This document shows, in pieces, positions 1 through 12,020 of a DNA stretch of 27,217 bases. The notes beneath the pieces were generated by a model, which had not been told where the DNA came from, did no database searches, and saw nothing but the letters and a program-made list of their open reading frames with translations. The stretch is taken from NCBI GenBank assembly GCA_022813865.1, contig JALDZX010000071.1, positions 62,001 through 89,217 on the forward strand, written 5' to 3'. The position numbers and the translations under genes were made by a program. The first letter of the stretch is position 1, and every line of letters begins with the position of its first letter. The stretch comes from Xylographa opegraphella. Lineage: Eukaryota.

Positions 1-2
1 CC

Positions 3-506
3 AACTATGTTGTCCAGACTGCATTAGATTACGCTGATGCAGAGACGAGAACTCGTCTTGTGGAAGCAATTCGTCCGATCCTTCCCGCAATCCGTCAGAC
101 GCCGTATGGACGGCGCATCCAGAGTAAAATCTTGGGAGCAGAAGGTCAAGATCAGCTTAGTGGTGTATCTACCCCACATGATATTTCGTCGCCCGGGCAG
201 CTCCCGGTCGGGCGTCAGTTGTCTACCGTACCAGGGACATTCGGAGCTCAAGGAGCCGGGATCCAGCAGTACACAAACGGATTATACACAAACACCAATC
301 AGAATGTATATGGAACTAATGGAATGAACAGCGCTGCGCAGTATACTCCACTCACTTCTCCAAACCCCAGCACGCAGGGTCATCGACTGAGTAACGGGTC
401 ATCCACATACAATCACTTCAGTCCTGTAACGAGCCAGAATTCTGTACATCAACCTGTTCCGCTTTACGGCCGTGTCGGGCAGACAAACGGATTCAACTAC
501 TTCTGA
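3..506 (+). CDS. PUF4: Pumilio/PUF RNA-binding protein, Puf4-like (3' partial; gene begins before the window)
   Basis: Frame is open from base 3: NYVVQTALDYADAETRTRLVEAIRPILPAIRQTPYGRRIQSKI. This is a final PUF repeat (NYxxQ recognition residues) plus the TPYGRRI cap typical of the Puf4 clade, followed by an N/Q/S-rich tail and TGA at 504-506. Confidence 0.88.
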   Translation, partial: NYVVQTALDYADAETRTRLVEAIRPILPAIRQTPYGRRIQSKILGAEGQDQLSGVSTPHDISSPGQLPVGRQLSTVPGTFGAQGAGIQQYTNGLYTNTNQNVYGTNGMNSAAQYTPLTSPNPSTQGHRLSNGSSTYNHFSPVTSQNSVHQPVPLYGRVGQTNGFNYF

Positions 507-971
507 GAGGCTTCCTTAGGGATCATCGCAGGTACTTCACGAATATCATGACGCAACGGCCATTGAGAAGCATTAAATGTATCACAACAAGCATCAATAA
601 TGAAAGTATTTTTTAGATTCACACTGACGACTCCGGCGGACTCGAGGATATGAGCAATCTATGTGGCAAAACGTACCGAATCACCGAAGCCATGTGCGGC
701 TTGTCTTACTCTGCCGATTGGAGTAATCTCGAGGGTTTTGTCTGCCATATTCACCGATCTACTGCCGGCTTTCCTTGCTGTACTTCTACAATTCTTGACG
801 CGGGCTCAAAACACGCATTGCCTGCAGTGTTCATCTGTTCGCCTCATGTGTGCGTCGAAGAGACCGATCACACCCACCATGTCCTGCGCTTAAAGAAATC
901 AGAAACCACACTTGCCGAGGACATTCGGGCGCAGTAGGCCAACGTCCCGTCAATAGTGCAAAAAGCTGAAC

Positions 972-1030
972 TTATTTTGTTTTTTTTTCTTTCTTACCTT
1001 TCCTCTCTTCTCTTCTCTTCTCTTCTGCAG
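972..1030 (+). repeat. Polypyrimidine tract with a short (TCTTC)n microsatellite ending in CTGCAG
   Basis: About 55 nt of almost pure T/C, seen directly, downstream of the PUF stop codon. Confidence 0.75.
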
Positions 1031-1816
1031 CCATTGGGCTCTGCACGCTTTGGGCTCTTGCTAGCGTAGCTATTGTCTTGCTATTGAGCTACTGGTGGTG
1101 GTCCTTTTGGCGGATGGACGATGGACGCACAAATGGACGGATGGATAGTCCCCCCCAGGCTTGTATCTAGCAGAGCAATTACAGTAACTTCCGGTTGCTA
1201 TGACCGATTAACTCCCGCTCCATGCATGGGTTTGGGTTCGTTTGCAAACGTCGCGTGTGGCATGTATGACTGTAGTATCCACGCGTTTGCCGTTGGGGCG
1301 GTGGAGAGATGTCTTCCACCCAGTTCGATTCCCCAGCCCTCATGTATGCAAATACACTAAAAGTCTCACCCCCGTCACTATAGAACTATTCGTAGACTTG
1401 CCCTCTACTGATATATTTAGAATCCACACGGACACCAAGCACCTACAAAATCACAAGCACGTCTCGAGTCACCAACCCTTTCGTCGACCCATGAGATTTT
1501 GCCATTACTCTCCACTACCAACTATAGAAACATAGACGAAAACACTCGTGGTAGGAAACAGCTACGGAGGAGGGGAAACAACATCGCCGCACGTAAAGCC
1601 GATCGCTATGACATAGCCGCCGGAAGCGCTGCGGAGCGAAGCGTCGCCTCCCCCCTTCGCTTCGGCGTATGGATGCAAAGATGTGCCACGCAACGGGCCG
1701 TATGGGAGCCATCACATCACGCGGCCTTGACTCGACTTGCCGCAAGTCCGCCTTTCTGCGAGCGATTTCATCCCACCGTCTAACAAATTCTCACCGTCCA
1801 CCTTTCCCCATCAAAC

Positions 1817-3535
1817 CTAATATCCCCCACCCGCAGCGCCGCCTTCCCCGCTTAATCGTCCCAGATGCCCCTCCGCCAACTCGCTCCTCAAGGCCTCCCT
1901 GCCCGCCTCGCGCTCACTCTTCTCCCACTCCCTCAAGCCTGCGCGCTTGATGCGCTGCTTCTCCTCGATGACGTCGAGTAGCTTCTTGCGGTCCTCCTCC
2001 AGCTGCTGCAGGCGCTTCTCCTGCGTAGCGTCCAGCCCGCTAGGCAGCTTCTTGCCGCCTTCGACGAGCGCTGGCACAGAAGCGAGGTGCGTATTGAAGC
2101 GCTGCGTGCGTGGGTATGTTGTTGACGAGGAGTTGTTTGGGCGGAAGGGCACGCGCGGTGGTTCGGAATAGCGTGGAGAGGGGTACGGTTCAGGACCGGA
2201 GTGGCCGCCTCGTGGACCGGTAGGCGGGCCGCTGAAATTGTCGTGTCGGGGGTGAGGAGCGTTGTAGTCGCGTCCACGACCGCGGTGGTAAGGCCCATTG
2301 TGGTAGGGTGTATCGCGAGTGTCGCGTGAATTGTCACGGGCGAAGGAGGGTCCGCCTCGTGGACGAGTTGGGGCGCTGAGGATATTGGGACGATTGTGGG
2401 CGGACATGGAAATAGGCGCTGAAGGGGGCCCAGAGTGGTTGCGGTCCGCAGGATGATCATCGTAACGAGAGGAGCCGTTAACGGGAGGGGGAGGACGAGA
2501 GTCGCCGTTGCGGTGGCTTGGGACTGAAGGGGCGCCCATCTGTTCATTAGACCATGTGTTGGGTGTTGCGCTTACGCGACGAGCCGGCTCTCTGTCATGC
2601 GGTGCGGGTGAGCGTTCCCGCCATGTGGGAGTTTCCCGTGGCGGCGATCGCGCTATTGGGGATCGAGGTACTGGTGAACGAGCTCGGCGCGGAGGAGAGA
2701 CATCCCTCACCCGAGGAGGAGAGCGTCTATCCGTGAGATAGTCACGACGTGAATCAGCATATGCGGGGGAACGTTCATCAACTACCATTCTGTCAGGATG
2801 CATCGGAGGTGAGGAGCGACGAGAAGAATTTGGGGAGACACGACGCGATGCATGCGCAGATTGACGAGGTGGTGGAGTGCGTGAGCGTTCTCGCGGTCGA
2901 TAGTTATTCTCCCTCGCAAATCGTGGACCTTGATCCATTGCTGGTGAGTAGCCGCGTCGTTCGTGATTATCCCGCATTGGCTCCGCATATCTTCCTTGTT
3001 TAGGAGGTGGAGGAGACCGTTGTCGATATTGAGCTGGCGGTGTCACCTCCCGAGCCCTCTTTTGAGGAATTGGAGATCTAACTCTGCCGCCCCCACCATG
3101 GGGTGATCTCGAGTATCTTCTCTGAGGAAGTGGAGATCGTGGACGGCCATGTGCATGTGGTGGTGAACGAGGGCGACCTCGATATCCGCCTCCATTATCT
3201 CTTCCCCTCATAGCTGGGCTCCTTGATCGACGTCGAGGTGATCGAGATCGTGGACGACCTCCATTGCGACCGCCTCTTGGCGCGTAGTTATTATCTCGTG
3301 GAGGACTGCGGCCATCTCTGGGACCTCGATAGTTGCCGTTTCGTGGAGGAGAACGATCACGTCGATCAGTGGATCTATACGCCTCTCCACCGAACGAATC
3401 ATCTCTATCATCGTACCTGTAATGAGTGAAAACCGATCAGTAATGGATTTCTTCACCATTCCGCAGTAGTGCGAAGCGCTTTTCTATGTGCAGTGTGGTG
3501 GTCAGGACAAACCTGCGTCCGCGACCTCTATCCAT
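1817..3535 (-). CDS. Arg/Ser/Pro-rich (RS-like) protein with C-terminal coiled coil, about 540 aa, 2 exons (3513-3535, 1817-3416)
   Basis: ATG at 3535 (MDRGRGR). Intron 3417-3512 has a GTTTGT donor, TACTGAT branch and CAG acceptor, and splicing joins in frame to the 464-aa ORF. Many RSP/RSRSP motifs, then TYPRTQRF and a charged helical tail. Confidence 0.82.
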
Positions 3536-4005
3536 GACTAAAATTAAATACTAATGCTGAGGACTGCAAGACGTTAATATTTCCTAGAAAGCTGCGAAAG
3601 GCCTGTTAAGTCTGGCAGCGAATCAGACGAACGCTTGTAGATATTCGAAGATTCACGGTGACAGTTGAAGTTCTTCGATGAGATGATAATTTGAACGGCA
3701 ACAATCTGAGATCCGGTCTAGCCGTTTCGGGATAGCTTTTTGAGATTCACGACATGGCCAACACTCATAACATAGCATTGCAAAAGCATGGATAGCCTTG
3801 AAATGGGCACCCAGTCAGTCCTGGACCCAGCGAAGCTGTGGTCGCACGCTCTTGATTTGATGGCTTTTGCGGTTACAGCCACTACAGTTCGCGATCGTTG
3901 TTCAAAACTTAACGAGGATTGTCACGCTTCCAGGCATAAGGACGCCGTATCTTTAATTCAATCTTGAAGTCTTAGGGGTATATCCCAATTATGTCTTCAT
4001 TCCTA

Positions 4006-5755
4006 CTACCGCTTGGATCTTCGCTCTTCATCTCTCTTCAGCCTCTTTCGACTCTCACTAGCTATCATATCACTGAGATCTTCTTGGAAACCCCATTGAC
4101 CCTGCTCCTGCTGCCGTTGGGCCTCGTAAAGCTTTTTCATTTCTTCCTTATCCATTCCATCTCTAGCTTGTAAAGCATCTGGATCCATAGCTACGTCAAC
4201 ATCACCTGGCTTCTTCCGCTTCTTGCTCTGGTCTTCCTGTCCCAATACAGGCAGATTTGCCTGTGCTGCCTTGAGATCATACGTCCTATCACCACCAAAA
4301 AATCCCTGTACTCTAGCTTGCTGTTCGGGTATAACCTGATATGCAGAACGAGGATGTGATGACTCCTCCGTTTCTGTACCTCGCCTCTGTTTGCGTAAAT
4401 TAAACTCACCCGCAACACTTTCCGCACCACCAAACTCGGAAGGAACTGTAGATGCCATGCCTCCAGGAGTCTCAAGTCCACTCGGTGTTTGCAATCCAGC
4501 ACCAACATCTTCTTCGTCACCGTCCTCCTCGTCGTCATCGCTTTCTTCCTCTTCTGACTCCTCCTCTGGCTCTTGCAGTTCACCCCAAAGCGTCTTCTCC
4601 ACAGGCTCCCCCATTTGAGTATTCTGCTGTGGCTGTAGAACGCCAAATATGTCTCCTCCATACAGTGGTCTGTTATACTCGTCAACGGGTGGCTTACCGT
4701 ATCCACCTGGATGAAATCCCCACGAACCGCCAGGAGGTGGTGGAGCATTCAGGCCTGGGATTTTAAGTGCAGGATACGAGGGCGGAGGGCCAAAGCGCTG
4801 TTGATTGATCAGCCATGGTGGCGGCGCACCTGGTGGAATGTTGAGAGCTTCTTTCAACTCTTCACTTAGCTCACCAGGCCGCAGATGTTTAAGATTGGTC
4901 TCATACTCCTTGCCTTCGTAATACACCTCACCATACCGTGTCAGTTCTGGCTTTGTCTGGAATCGAAAAAATGCTTCGTAGAGTTTCTGGTAGTCGATGT
5001 CGAGCTTGCCCATTTTTGGTTGCACTCGTTCTCGCTGCTTCTGCTTGAGACTGGCTTGGTCTTGCTTCTCAAGAACGGCGTCTCGCATCTCGGCAATACC
5101 AGTCTCTTGGATGAACTTGGGAAGAGAAAATGCAGCTTTCTCGACACCCCGCTTTGAAGATAGATACTCACGCTTGAGAGACCAATGTGCTGGGACGGGT
5201 ACAACGTTTCGGTAGGCTTTGATGTGAACGAGTAATCGGGGATCAGAAGCAGATGTGTCTGTCCAATCTACCGTCTCCGGTTTCTTGACCAGTGCTTTGA
5301 GCTCAGCTACGGACAATTTGTTCTGCTCTTTCCGCTTCTTTTTGGACATTTTTGGCTCTCCTTTTTCTTCGTCCTCGTCGGGTATCTCGTCATCGTCGTC
5401 GTAGTATACTTCGGGTTTTTCGGCTTCCTTGGTAGCAGGATCTTCTTTGTCTTCCTGTTCAAATTTCCCCATTATAACTCTGTACATTTCAAAAAGGGGA
5501 TTTTCTTCGTCCATTGCGTCGAAGCTATTGGCGGGCTCGTCGGCCGGCACGTCAGCCGGGGCATCAGATGCGACATCCTCTGCTGTAGGATTAACTGTGG
5601 CTTCCGGAGCTGATGCTGAAACAGTCTAATCAATATCAGCTTCACCCGAATAAAACTACTAAGAGATGGATGAGATAGCATACATCGACTTGCTTCGCGG
5701 CTTTCTTCTTCGCGCGTCGTAACTGATTCTTCGTTGGTTTGATCGCGGACGGCAT
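4006..5755 (-). CDS. SF3B2: Splicing factor 3B subunit 2 (SAP145/Cus1), about 563 aa, 2 exons (5684-5755, 4006-5625)
   Basis: Conserved motifs LSVAELKALV, VPVPAHWSLKREYL, QPKMGKLDIDYQKLYEAFF and the PSP domain PPPWLINQQRFGPPPSYP. Exon 1 is MPSAIKPTKNQLRRAKKK; the 58-nt intron 5626-5683 (GTATGC...GCTGAT...TAG) is phase 0. Confidence 0.96.
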
Positions 5756-6238
5756 TGTGGAGAGTTCTAGATTCAGGAAGACTCAAGTGCCTTGATACAC
5801 ACGACCACAGGACTCATGTGTCTAGCTTAGGCGTTCAGCTATCAGAGATGATGAGGATGATCTAGAACTGGCAGCGAGGTCGAATCTCAGTTTCACGTTC
5901 TAGGCTAGATAAGGCATAGCGTATCTTAACAGCCGTGGACGATATTGTCAACCATCACAGTTTTTATGACTGTAATTCGACCCTGTACATGGATCATAAT
6001 TACTTCGCTAGCGATAGGAAGAAAACTGTGAAGATGTCAGTGCCTTTGTCTTGCTAAATCAAGAATTCCATGCACTTGAAATCCCTGGCCTAAAGTACCT
6101 AGACTACCTACCTCCAAAGAAGAAACACTTTAAGCCAAATACATCCTAGCATGAAACTTATCAACTTTCCATCGTGAACACCAAGCTCCAATTGATATTC
6201 AGGACAAACACTCCACCCTCGTCTTGACCCGAGAAACA

Positions 6239-6742
6239 ATGTCGGTTCCCAAGTCGCGAATTCTCGATCTCTTAAAAGTACATGTCCTGTGTTGCCCCTC
6301 CTACTCTTCAGCTGATCACCCTAGGTTCAATGCCGTATCTTCTCCACGACCTTCAACCCGGAACGCCTCCGCACCGGCAACAAAATCCTGCGCCAGCGAC
6401 TGAAAGGTCCCGCCATCGCTAGCTATTACCCCAGGAAAGTTGTCACCATGCGCGATCTAATGAAGGCTTACCCCGACCTTGAGACCTGGGACGAGGAGCA
6501 GGAGGATCGGCTGGAGGGACTGGCCTTGTATGTCTAGGAGGGCTGTGTATACTGTGAGGTCGATGTGAGACTGACCGCTGTGCAGGAAGAAGCAAAGAGG
6601 GAAGGGTGCGCCGAAGAAGAAGAGGAGTGCGGAAGGTAGGTTCTATTTCTGAAGAAGTAGTTGAGACCTGTTCTGACCAAAATTCTGTCTAGAATCGAAG
6701 AAGTTCGCGAACCGGAAGAAGAAGCCTACTATGGTACTATGA
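6239..6742 (+). CDS. RSM27: Mitochondrial small-subunit ribosomal protein Rsm27 (mS33), 113 aa, 4 exons (6239-6277, 6325-6527, 6586-6635, 6693-6742)
   Basis: Absent from the ORF track. Splicing three GT-AG introns (47, 58, 57 nt, each with a CTGAY branch) gives MSVPKSRILDLLKVQCRIFSTTFNPERLRTGNKILRQRLKGPAIASYYP...RGKGAPKKK, the Rsm27 signature. Confidence 0.93.
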
Positions 6743-7465
6743 TAGCAGTCAATTTGTGATAATGGCTCTAAAGGATGTTGGAGTGGTTTCTGCATAGCGT
6801 GAGGCGTTTGTTGGTTTACTTAGCTTGAACATAAGTCATGAGAGCTGAAGGAGCCTCTGCCGAGTAGGCATCATGGGTAGACATAGTCTATGGGAGGAAA
6901 TACTGTATCAGAGCTATACTTGGTTGGAAGACCCAGCAATCTTCACATGGTGTTGTATGGAGCTACAATTGCAGATAGACGACCAGAATTACTGCTCGGT
7001 AATTTCATGCTGATAGTAATATCTGTCTCCAACGCTCGTATCGATCATACAAAGTGAGTTTGAGCTTCATATGGGCAATCTACCACTACTACACTGGCTG
7101 GCATACTCGTGAAGTTGACCTGCTGCCGCCTCAATCCGAAATGTATGAGTTGTCTCCATTTCTCTTTACAAAGGCAGCTTGGGATGTTCAGTGTTTATTT
7201 CTAAATGTCGTACCGCTGAATGACATGATGTCCCCTTGCATTCCTCTATCAACTATGTGCAAAAGCAAAAATTCAACATGTACACCCTGCTAGACCCTCT
7301 TCCTCTTGAAATGACACCCGCTAGAAATTTGCTTGAGCTCAAATACCGGAATAGAATGAGAAGCGCCAAAAACACCATACCGCTTCTAAAAAGACGACAA
7401 ACCGAAACCAGAACACCATACTGGTTTGTTGAAATTCACTGTGTTCCAGAGGACACTCCAGGCAA

Positions 7466-9286
7466 CTATGCCTTGGGTAGCCTCGGCCACCTGGACACCC
7501 ACTCTGCATCGTCCAGTCCGCCCATTCCTTGGTTTCGGATGTACATGTTACTAGCTTCGTGGGGGGGTGCGTACTCCCAACTAGTAATTCTTCCTCGCAT
7601 CAGTGCGCAATGAACCAGGCGGCGCCGCCGCTGGGACTCAAGGACATTCTCAGTGATGGCCTTAAAGTCCCAGCGAGCTGTAGCCTCTTTGAGGAAGTCA
7701 GTGAGCACCGATTGCGCAGAAATGTCTCTATATGAGACACTAATATCTTCAGAGCCCGGGATGGTGGAGTCGCGGTGCAAGCTAGGAGAACGTGGAGGTG
7801 ACGGAGGATCGAGGGCGTTGGAAAAGTAGGGGTCGAGCTGTGTGCGAGGAGTGAGGGTAGTTACGGAAGGAGAGTTCACGTAAAAAGAAAAGCTTGTGTT
7901 GGGATCCCTGGAAGATGGAGGGGAGGGCAGTTCAATAGTGCGGACAGCTGCGAGATTGACCCTCTCTGCAGGATCGTCCTCAATGTCGAAGAGCTGTGGC
8001 GGGTCGATAGGTGAGTAGATGAACTTCCACCGCCCACGCCGAATCATGACTAATGGGCTAAGCGTGCCCTCGCCCATGTATTCGCCCAGCACAGTATCTG
8101 TCTTAATACCTACCGGGTCGGCTATGTAAGGCATCAACGAAACCCCGTCCAAAGGCAGATTTTGCTGTACAGAGCTTCCTGACATAGCCACAAAAGTTGG
8201 AAGGAGATCCATTGTTGACACATTCTCCTTGACCCTCTTGGGCTCATATCGGTTGGGGGCGTAGACTACCATTGGTACACGTGCTGACATCTCGTACCAG
8301 TTCATTTTGTACCACAATCCCCGCTCACCTAACATATCACCATGATCTCCAGTGAAGACCACAATCGTATCTTCAGATAATCCACAATTATTGAGAGTAC
8401 GCATTAACTTCTCAACCTGAGTATCCACATATGTGCAAGCTGCGAAATATGCCCGACGTGCAGCCCGAACATTCTCTTCCGGCATCTCGTTACCATACAG
8501 ATCCATGACCTTCAGTAATCGCTGAGAGTGCGGGTCTTGCTGTTCGTGAGGAATGGCCGATGTTTTAGGAAGAGGTATCTCCACGCCTTCATACATGTCC
8601 CAGTACTCCTTTGTCATGGCGTATGGATCATGAGGGTGGGTCATGGACACAGTAAGACAAAACGGCTGGTTTGTGCGGTGTCGAAGGTGGTCGTAGAGGT
8701 ATTGGATGGACTTGTGTATCACATCGTCATCGAAATCCAGTTGATTAGTGCGAACGACTGGGCCAGCCTCAAGAACTGATGACATGTTGTGGAACCAGTC
8801 CGGGCGAACTTCCTGTCCTCCAATCAGTAACCATGTTCACAAAACCGACTCCAAATGACACATTCGACTCACCGGCTCATCCCAATTGACTGTCCAGCCG
8901 TAATCGCCCGGATAGATGTCGGTGGTCAACCTCTGCTCGAAACCGTGCAGCTGGTCTGGACCACAAAAGTGCATCTTCCCAGAAAGAGCGGTATGATATC
9001 CTTCCTTTCGTAGATAGTGTGCATAAGTGGGAATATCACTACCTAAGTTACTTGCGTTATCGTAACCCCCAATCTTTGAGGGTAACTGTCCGGTGACCAA
9101 TGAGTAGCGTGAGGGTGCACAGAGAGGAGAGTTGCAATATGCAGATTCAAAGACTACACCTCCCTCTGCCAGACGATCAAGAGTCGGCGTCTTGACCGGG
9201 GAAGAGGAGTCATACATGGACAACATTGGGGCTGCCATCTGATCGGCCATGATGAAAAGAATATTGGGTTGTTTGACTTCTGCCAT
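7466..9286 (-). CDS. Choline sulfatase (BetC-like formylglycine-dependent sulfatase), about 586 aa, 2 exons (8873-9286, 7466-8812)
   Basis: PNILFIMADQ, the sulfatase motif CAPSR, GKMHFCGPDQLHGFEQRLTTDIYPGDYGW, THPHDPY, GDHGDMLGERGLWYKM and a C-terminal VLESQRRRR...WEY segment. A 60-nt phase-0 intron 8813-8872 (GTGAGT...TACTGAT...CAG) joins the two ORFs. Confidence 0.94.
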
Positions 9287-9802
9287 TTCGCCCGACACAA
9301 TTCTGCTTCAAGGCCGTAAAGGAGAGATGAAAACAAAGGCGAGTAAGATAGGACGAAAGTGTGACTACAGGCAACACAGTGATATAGGGAATGATCGTGC
9401 GACTGTGCGAGCTTCACGCACAAAGATGGCGTCGACTTCCGGGGCCGTCTCGCAATTTTCTTATCGAAAAAATAACTCGCATTGTTTCAGGCTGCAGCCG
9501 GGTACAATCGGTCATAGTGCAGCTGTCCCCCGCCAGGACTACGGGCACTAACGCAGTCTGCCCGGCGGGGGATCGCCCGGGGCAGAAGCTTGTTCTGCAG
9601 ACACTCTGATTACAAAGTCACAATAATAGCATCATCGCCAGAAGGCTGTAGAACATCACCAATATACTTAATGCGCAAGCGCACTCACCTTCAGACCTAC
9701 ATAATTCTCGTCAACACTGCTGCACTGTCCAGGTCTGTTCCACCAGCAATGATTTCTTCTTGCGCTCGCTGTCTTACATTGTACAGTGCTGCGGCAGTAT
9801 AG

Positions 9803-10846
9803 ATGGCATCACCGCCCCGGTCCCCCAAAACAGTACAATCGTCTGCAGACGATCAATCGCTGGAAGGAGTACCTTCATCCGATCCAGAAATCTCTCTCAC
9901 TATTTCGCATCATGGCACCCCTCACATATTTCGTCTGCCGTCGACGTCCACTATCCTCGACCTTACAGCAGATATCGCAACCACTCTCGCCATTCCTGCA
10001 GCTTCGCAAAAGCTCCTTGTTCCCAAACTTGGCCTCTTGAAGCCCCCATTCGCCCCCACACCCCTGGCGACCCTTCCCTCGAGAAAGGTTCAACTCCTTG
10101 CATCTACTGGTTCCGAAATCGCTTCTGTCTCCGCTCCCCGCACCGCCTCGCCCCTCCGCTCCTCTTCGCCGCTAAAGGCCGCCACTCCATCAAAGACACA
10201 CGACTGGCGCAAAGCCCAAGACGAAGCAACCTATACCTTTCACACCCTCCTTCCACTACCCTACCTGCCCGACCCCGAGCGTTCACGACGCTACCTCGCC
10301 CGTCTGCGCGATGACGCAGGCATCAAAGCTGCGATGCGGAAGCACAAGTTTAGTGTGGGCGTATTGACGGAGATGAATCCTGCTGAGCACACGACGCACG
10401 AATCACGAACCCTGGGTCTGAACAGAAACAGGGGCGAGGTGATCGAGCTGCGGTTGCGGACCGATGCGTACGATGGGTACCGAGACTACAAGGTGATCAG
10501 GAAGACACTGTGCCACGAGCTAGCGCATAATGTATTTGGAGTGCATGATCGGAATTTCTGGGACTTGACAAGCGAAATCGAGAAGGAGGTCGAAAGAGGG
10601 GACTGGAGGAATGGGGGAAGGGCGGTATCGAATGAGGAGTTCTATAATCCGGACGATCGGGGAGAGGACGGTCATGTGGACGGTGGAGGCTTGAGCGGTG
10701 GCGAATTCGTGCTTGGAGGCGGTGGTAAAGAAGGTAGTGGGGGAGTGGATGGAAGGGGTGGAATGAACAGGCGGGAGTTGATGGCGGAAGCGGCAGAGGA
10801 GAGGATGAAGAGACAAACGAGAACAGGAGGTGGAAGTCGTAGCTAA
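9803..10846 (+). CDS. WLM-domain zinc metalloprotease (Wss1 family) with a probable N-terminal ubiquitin-like domain, 347 aa
   Basis: HExxH motif CHELAHNVFGVHDRNFW, LGLNRNRGEVIELRLRTD, an N-terminal UBL-like segment (ISLTISHHG...QKLLVPKLGLLK) and a C-terminal VIM-like RRELMAEAAEER. Confidence 0.92.
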   Translation: MASPPRSPKTVQSSADDQSLEGVPSSDPEISLTISHHGTPHIFRLPSTSTILDLTADIATTLAIPAASQKLLVPKLGLLKPPFAPTPLATLPSRKVQLLASTGSEIASVSAPRTASPLRSSSPLKAATPSKTHDWRKAQDEATYTFHTLLPLPYLPDPERSRRYLARLRDDAGIKAAMRKHKFSVGVLTEMNPAEHTTHESRTLGLNRNRGEVIELRLRTDAYDGYRDYKVIRKTLCHELAHNVFGVHDRNFWDLTSEIEKEVERGDWRNGGRAVSNEEFYNPDDRGEDGHVDGGGLSGGEFVLGGGGKEGSGGVDGRGGMNRRELMAEAAEERMKRQTRTGGGSRS

Positions 10847-11129
10847 CGGTTTCTTATCTCGAACGCATTTGAAATTTAGCGGCTACGATACGGACGAGTT
10901 ATGCTTCATGTGTCCAATAGATTACCTATTTAGCCCTTTCGAACGTGATTACCTACCCTCAACGCTGTAATCAAGACAAATCTGTCTCGCCATGAAATGA
11001 ACAAAGTTCAAGAAGAAAGAAACAGTTGCTAATCATAACTCTCCTGATGCAAGCCATGTTCCAACGCACGCCGACTCCCAAAAACCACTCAGTGCCCCTT
11101 ACCCATATCAACCATTCCGCCCGCGCCCT

Positions 11130-12020
11130 CTACTCATTCTCCTCACTACCAAGCGTACTGACACTCTCCCCACTCTCCCCGCGCTCCCGCCCTTGCCCCC
11201 CTATCCCTCCATCGCGACTCCTCGAACTTCCCCTCCTCCCCTCCTCCTCCTCCTTCCCCTCCCTCCCACCCAACCCCCCTTCCCCATCCCCACCCCCAGC
11301 GCTACGCGCGCTCTCCCCACGATGACTCCTCCTCTCGCCAACACTCTCCAGCAACCCCCCAGCCATCTCCACCGCGCCCCTCGCACGACCCGCCTTTCCC
11401 TGTCCGCCATGCGCAGTAGCCGCTCTCCCCACCAGCTGGACCAGCTCCCCAGCCACAGTAGCGACGACCCCGTTCGAGGTCTCACCAGACTCTTCTGCCG
11501 CGCCACGCCCCGGTGACACTGCACTGCCCGCACGCCTCCCCTTCTCGTCCGCTAAGTGCAGAAGCCGCTGCGCGGCGTCTTGGAGGTACTCGACCTGGGA
11601 GGACTCGTCCTGGACGCCTTTCTCCAGACGGCGGACGAGCCGCGAGACGAGGTGGTGGGGGTCGGTGTCGGATGGGGGGTGGGTAGTCTTATGTTTCCTG
11701 TGCCGGGTCCTTCCGTGGTCCGGGTTCGTGTGCTTGCGCCGGTCTCTGTTATCGGGGTCTTCGTGGTGATTGGGTTTTCTGTTTCGGCTGCGGTGACGAC
11801 GGCGGCGTTTGTGTTCGTCTTTGGCTTCGCGTTCGGGGCTTGGGTCCGTGCCTGCTTTCGGAAGGCGTTCGAGGTTCTGGGCCGTCAGGGCGGTTTGTGT
11901 ATCTGCCTGTTTCTGTGTTGGGCTTTGTGCTGCGTCGCGGGCTTGTCTAGCCGCTATGTGTTCCAGATACTCGTCGCGTGCGTCGCGCAGGAGGTCTTTG
12001 ATAAGGGTCAGTAGAGGCAT
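11130..12020 (-). CDS. Hypothetical protein, 296 aa, low complexity (His/Arg-rich middle, Gly/Glu/Arg-rich tail)
   Basis: Uninterrupted ATG-initiated ORF with amphipathic helical stretches and a basic cluster HKRRRRHRSRNRK. No family recognised. Confidence 0.6.
   Translation of the reverse strand: MPLLTLIKDLLRDARDEYLEHIAARQARDAAQSPTQKQADTQTALTAQNLERLPKAGTDPSPEREAKDEHKRRRRHRSRNRKPNHHEDPDNRDRRKHTNPDHGRTRHRKHKTTHPPSDTDPHHLVSRLVRRLEKGVQDESSQVEYLQDAAQRLLHLADEKGRRAGSAVSPGRGAAEESGETSNGVVATVAGELVQLVGRAATAHGGQGKAGRARGAVEMAGGLLESVGERRSHRGESARSAGGGDGEGGLGGREGKEEEEGRRGSSRSRDGGIGGQGRERGESGESVSTLGSEENE

Noticed and set aside
1933..3003. Overlapping alternative-frame and antisense ORFs in the RS-rich gene (similar ones occur over SF3B2, the WLM gene, the GST and the surface protein)
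   Set aside because: Expected shadows of GC-rich coding sequence, with no independent motifs.
3900..4008. Extra terminal exon giving SF3B2 a KF-type C-terminus
   Set aside because: No convincing donor, branch and acceptor set; tandem TAG TAG stops fit a normal end.
6743..7050. Puf-binding element in the RSM27 3' UTR linking it to the nearby Puf4-like gene
   Set aside because: Only bare TGTA cores are present, with no convincing extended motif.
9803..9812. CYS-3/MetR-like site ATGGCATCAC upstream of the sulfatase
   Set aside because: One mismatch to ATGRYRYCAT and coincident with the WLM start codon, so likely chance.
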